In this document: in pieces, positions 63,793-64,000 of the stretch
Layout of the letters: each line of letters starts with the position of its first letter
Position numbering within the stretch: position 1 is the first letter of the stretch
The notes under the pieces: model-generated
Seen by the model: only the letters and a program-made list of their open reading frames with translations
Database searches by the model: none
Told to the model about the DNA's origin: nothing
Source of the DNA: an uncultured virus (IMG/VR IMGVR_UViG_3300032053_000012)
Lineage: Duplodnaviria; Heunggongvirae; Uroviricota; Caudoviricetes
Length of the DNA: 64,000 bases
Strand: one strand, 5' to 3'
IMG/VR virus record: IMGVR_UViG_3300032053_000012
Position numbers and translations under genes: made by a program

Positions 63793-63807
63793 CTCGGCTA
63801 CACTGAC
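63777..63807. repeat. 14-bp tandem duplication at a stop codon
   Basis: gactcggctacact x2 followed by gac. Confidence 0.85.
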
Positions 63808-63813
63808 GGGGCG

Positions 63814-64000
63814 ATGGAGGACGAGCGGTTCCAGAGCGAGGGCTACGTGGGCGCGGGAGGCCGTCGCTACCACGTCACGGTGACGCTCGCGGGCGCGCCG
63901 AGGTCTTCGTCTCCGATGTCTTCGTGGGTCCTGCCGCGCAGGCCGATCGAGGAGACGGCGGCCGAGGTCGTCCGGTCGGGGTCGTCGCCCGAAGTCGTCG
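63814..64000 (+). CDS. hypothetical protein, partial
   Basis: MEDERFQSEGYVGAGGRRYHVTVTL..., open to the window end. Confidence 0.45.
   Translation, partial: MEDERFQSEGYVGAGGRRYHVTVTLAGAPRSSSPMSSWVLPRRPIEETAAEVVRSGSSPEVV

Noticed and set aside
1..64000. Integrase, att site, terminase, portal or major capsid gene
   Set aside because: No motifs recognised; lifestyle and virion type cannot be fixed from this window

Overview
A 64-kb segment of a large, very GC-rich (roughly 70-75%) virus or prophage genome. Genes are densely packed and mostly on the + strand, with frequent ATGA/GTGA overlaps. No terminase, portal or major capsid gene is recognisable in the window, and a myxobacteria-like host is only inferred. 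Layout: (1) 1-3430, a leftward arm with an amino-DNA methyltransferase, an ASCH protein and a Cro-like HTH. (2) 3612-17400, a rightward early region with an AAA_24/Sak4-like ATPase plus SSB-like gene, a SLOG protein, an RHH, a lytic transglycosylase and many small hypotheticals. (3) 18080-18418, a one-piece tmRNA gene whose tag reads ANDNATAPLALTG. (4) 19-39 kb, radical SAM, ParB-like and RadA-like genes among modular proteins punctuated by a recurring N/D-R-A-(G) motif. (5) 39950-48018, a lower-GC cluster of fibre/spike-like structural genes. (6) 48.6-64 kb, a DNA-modification and nucleotide region: a C5-methyltransferase with a 583-aa overprinted ORF carrying eight WPTP cassettes, an HNH, a MazG-like protein, a thymidylate synthase with part of its sequence inverted, and QueC, DpdA/TGT-like and Mom-like genes. 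All family calls come from motif recognition by eye, not from database searches.
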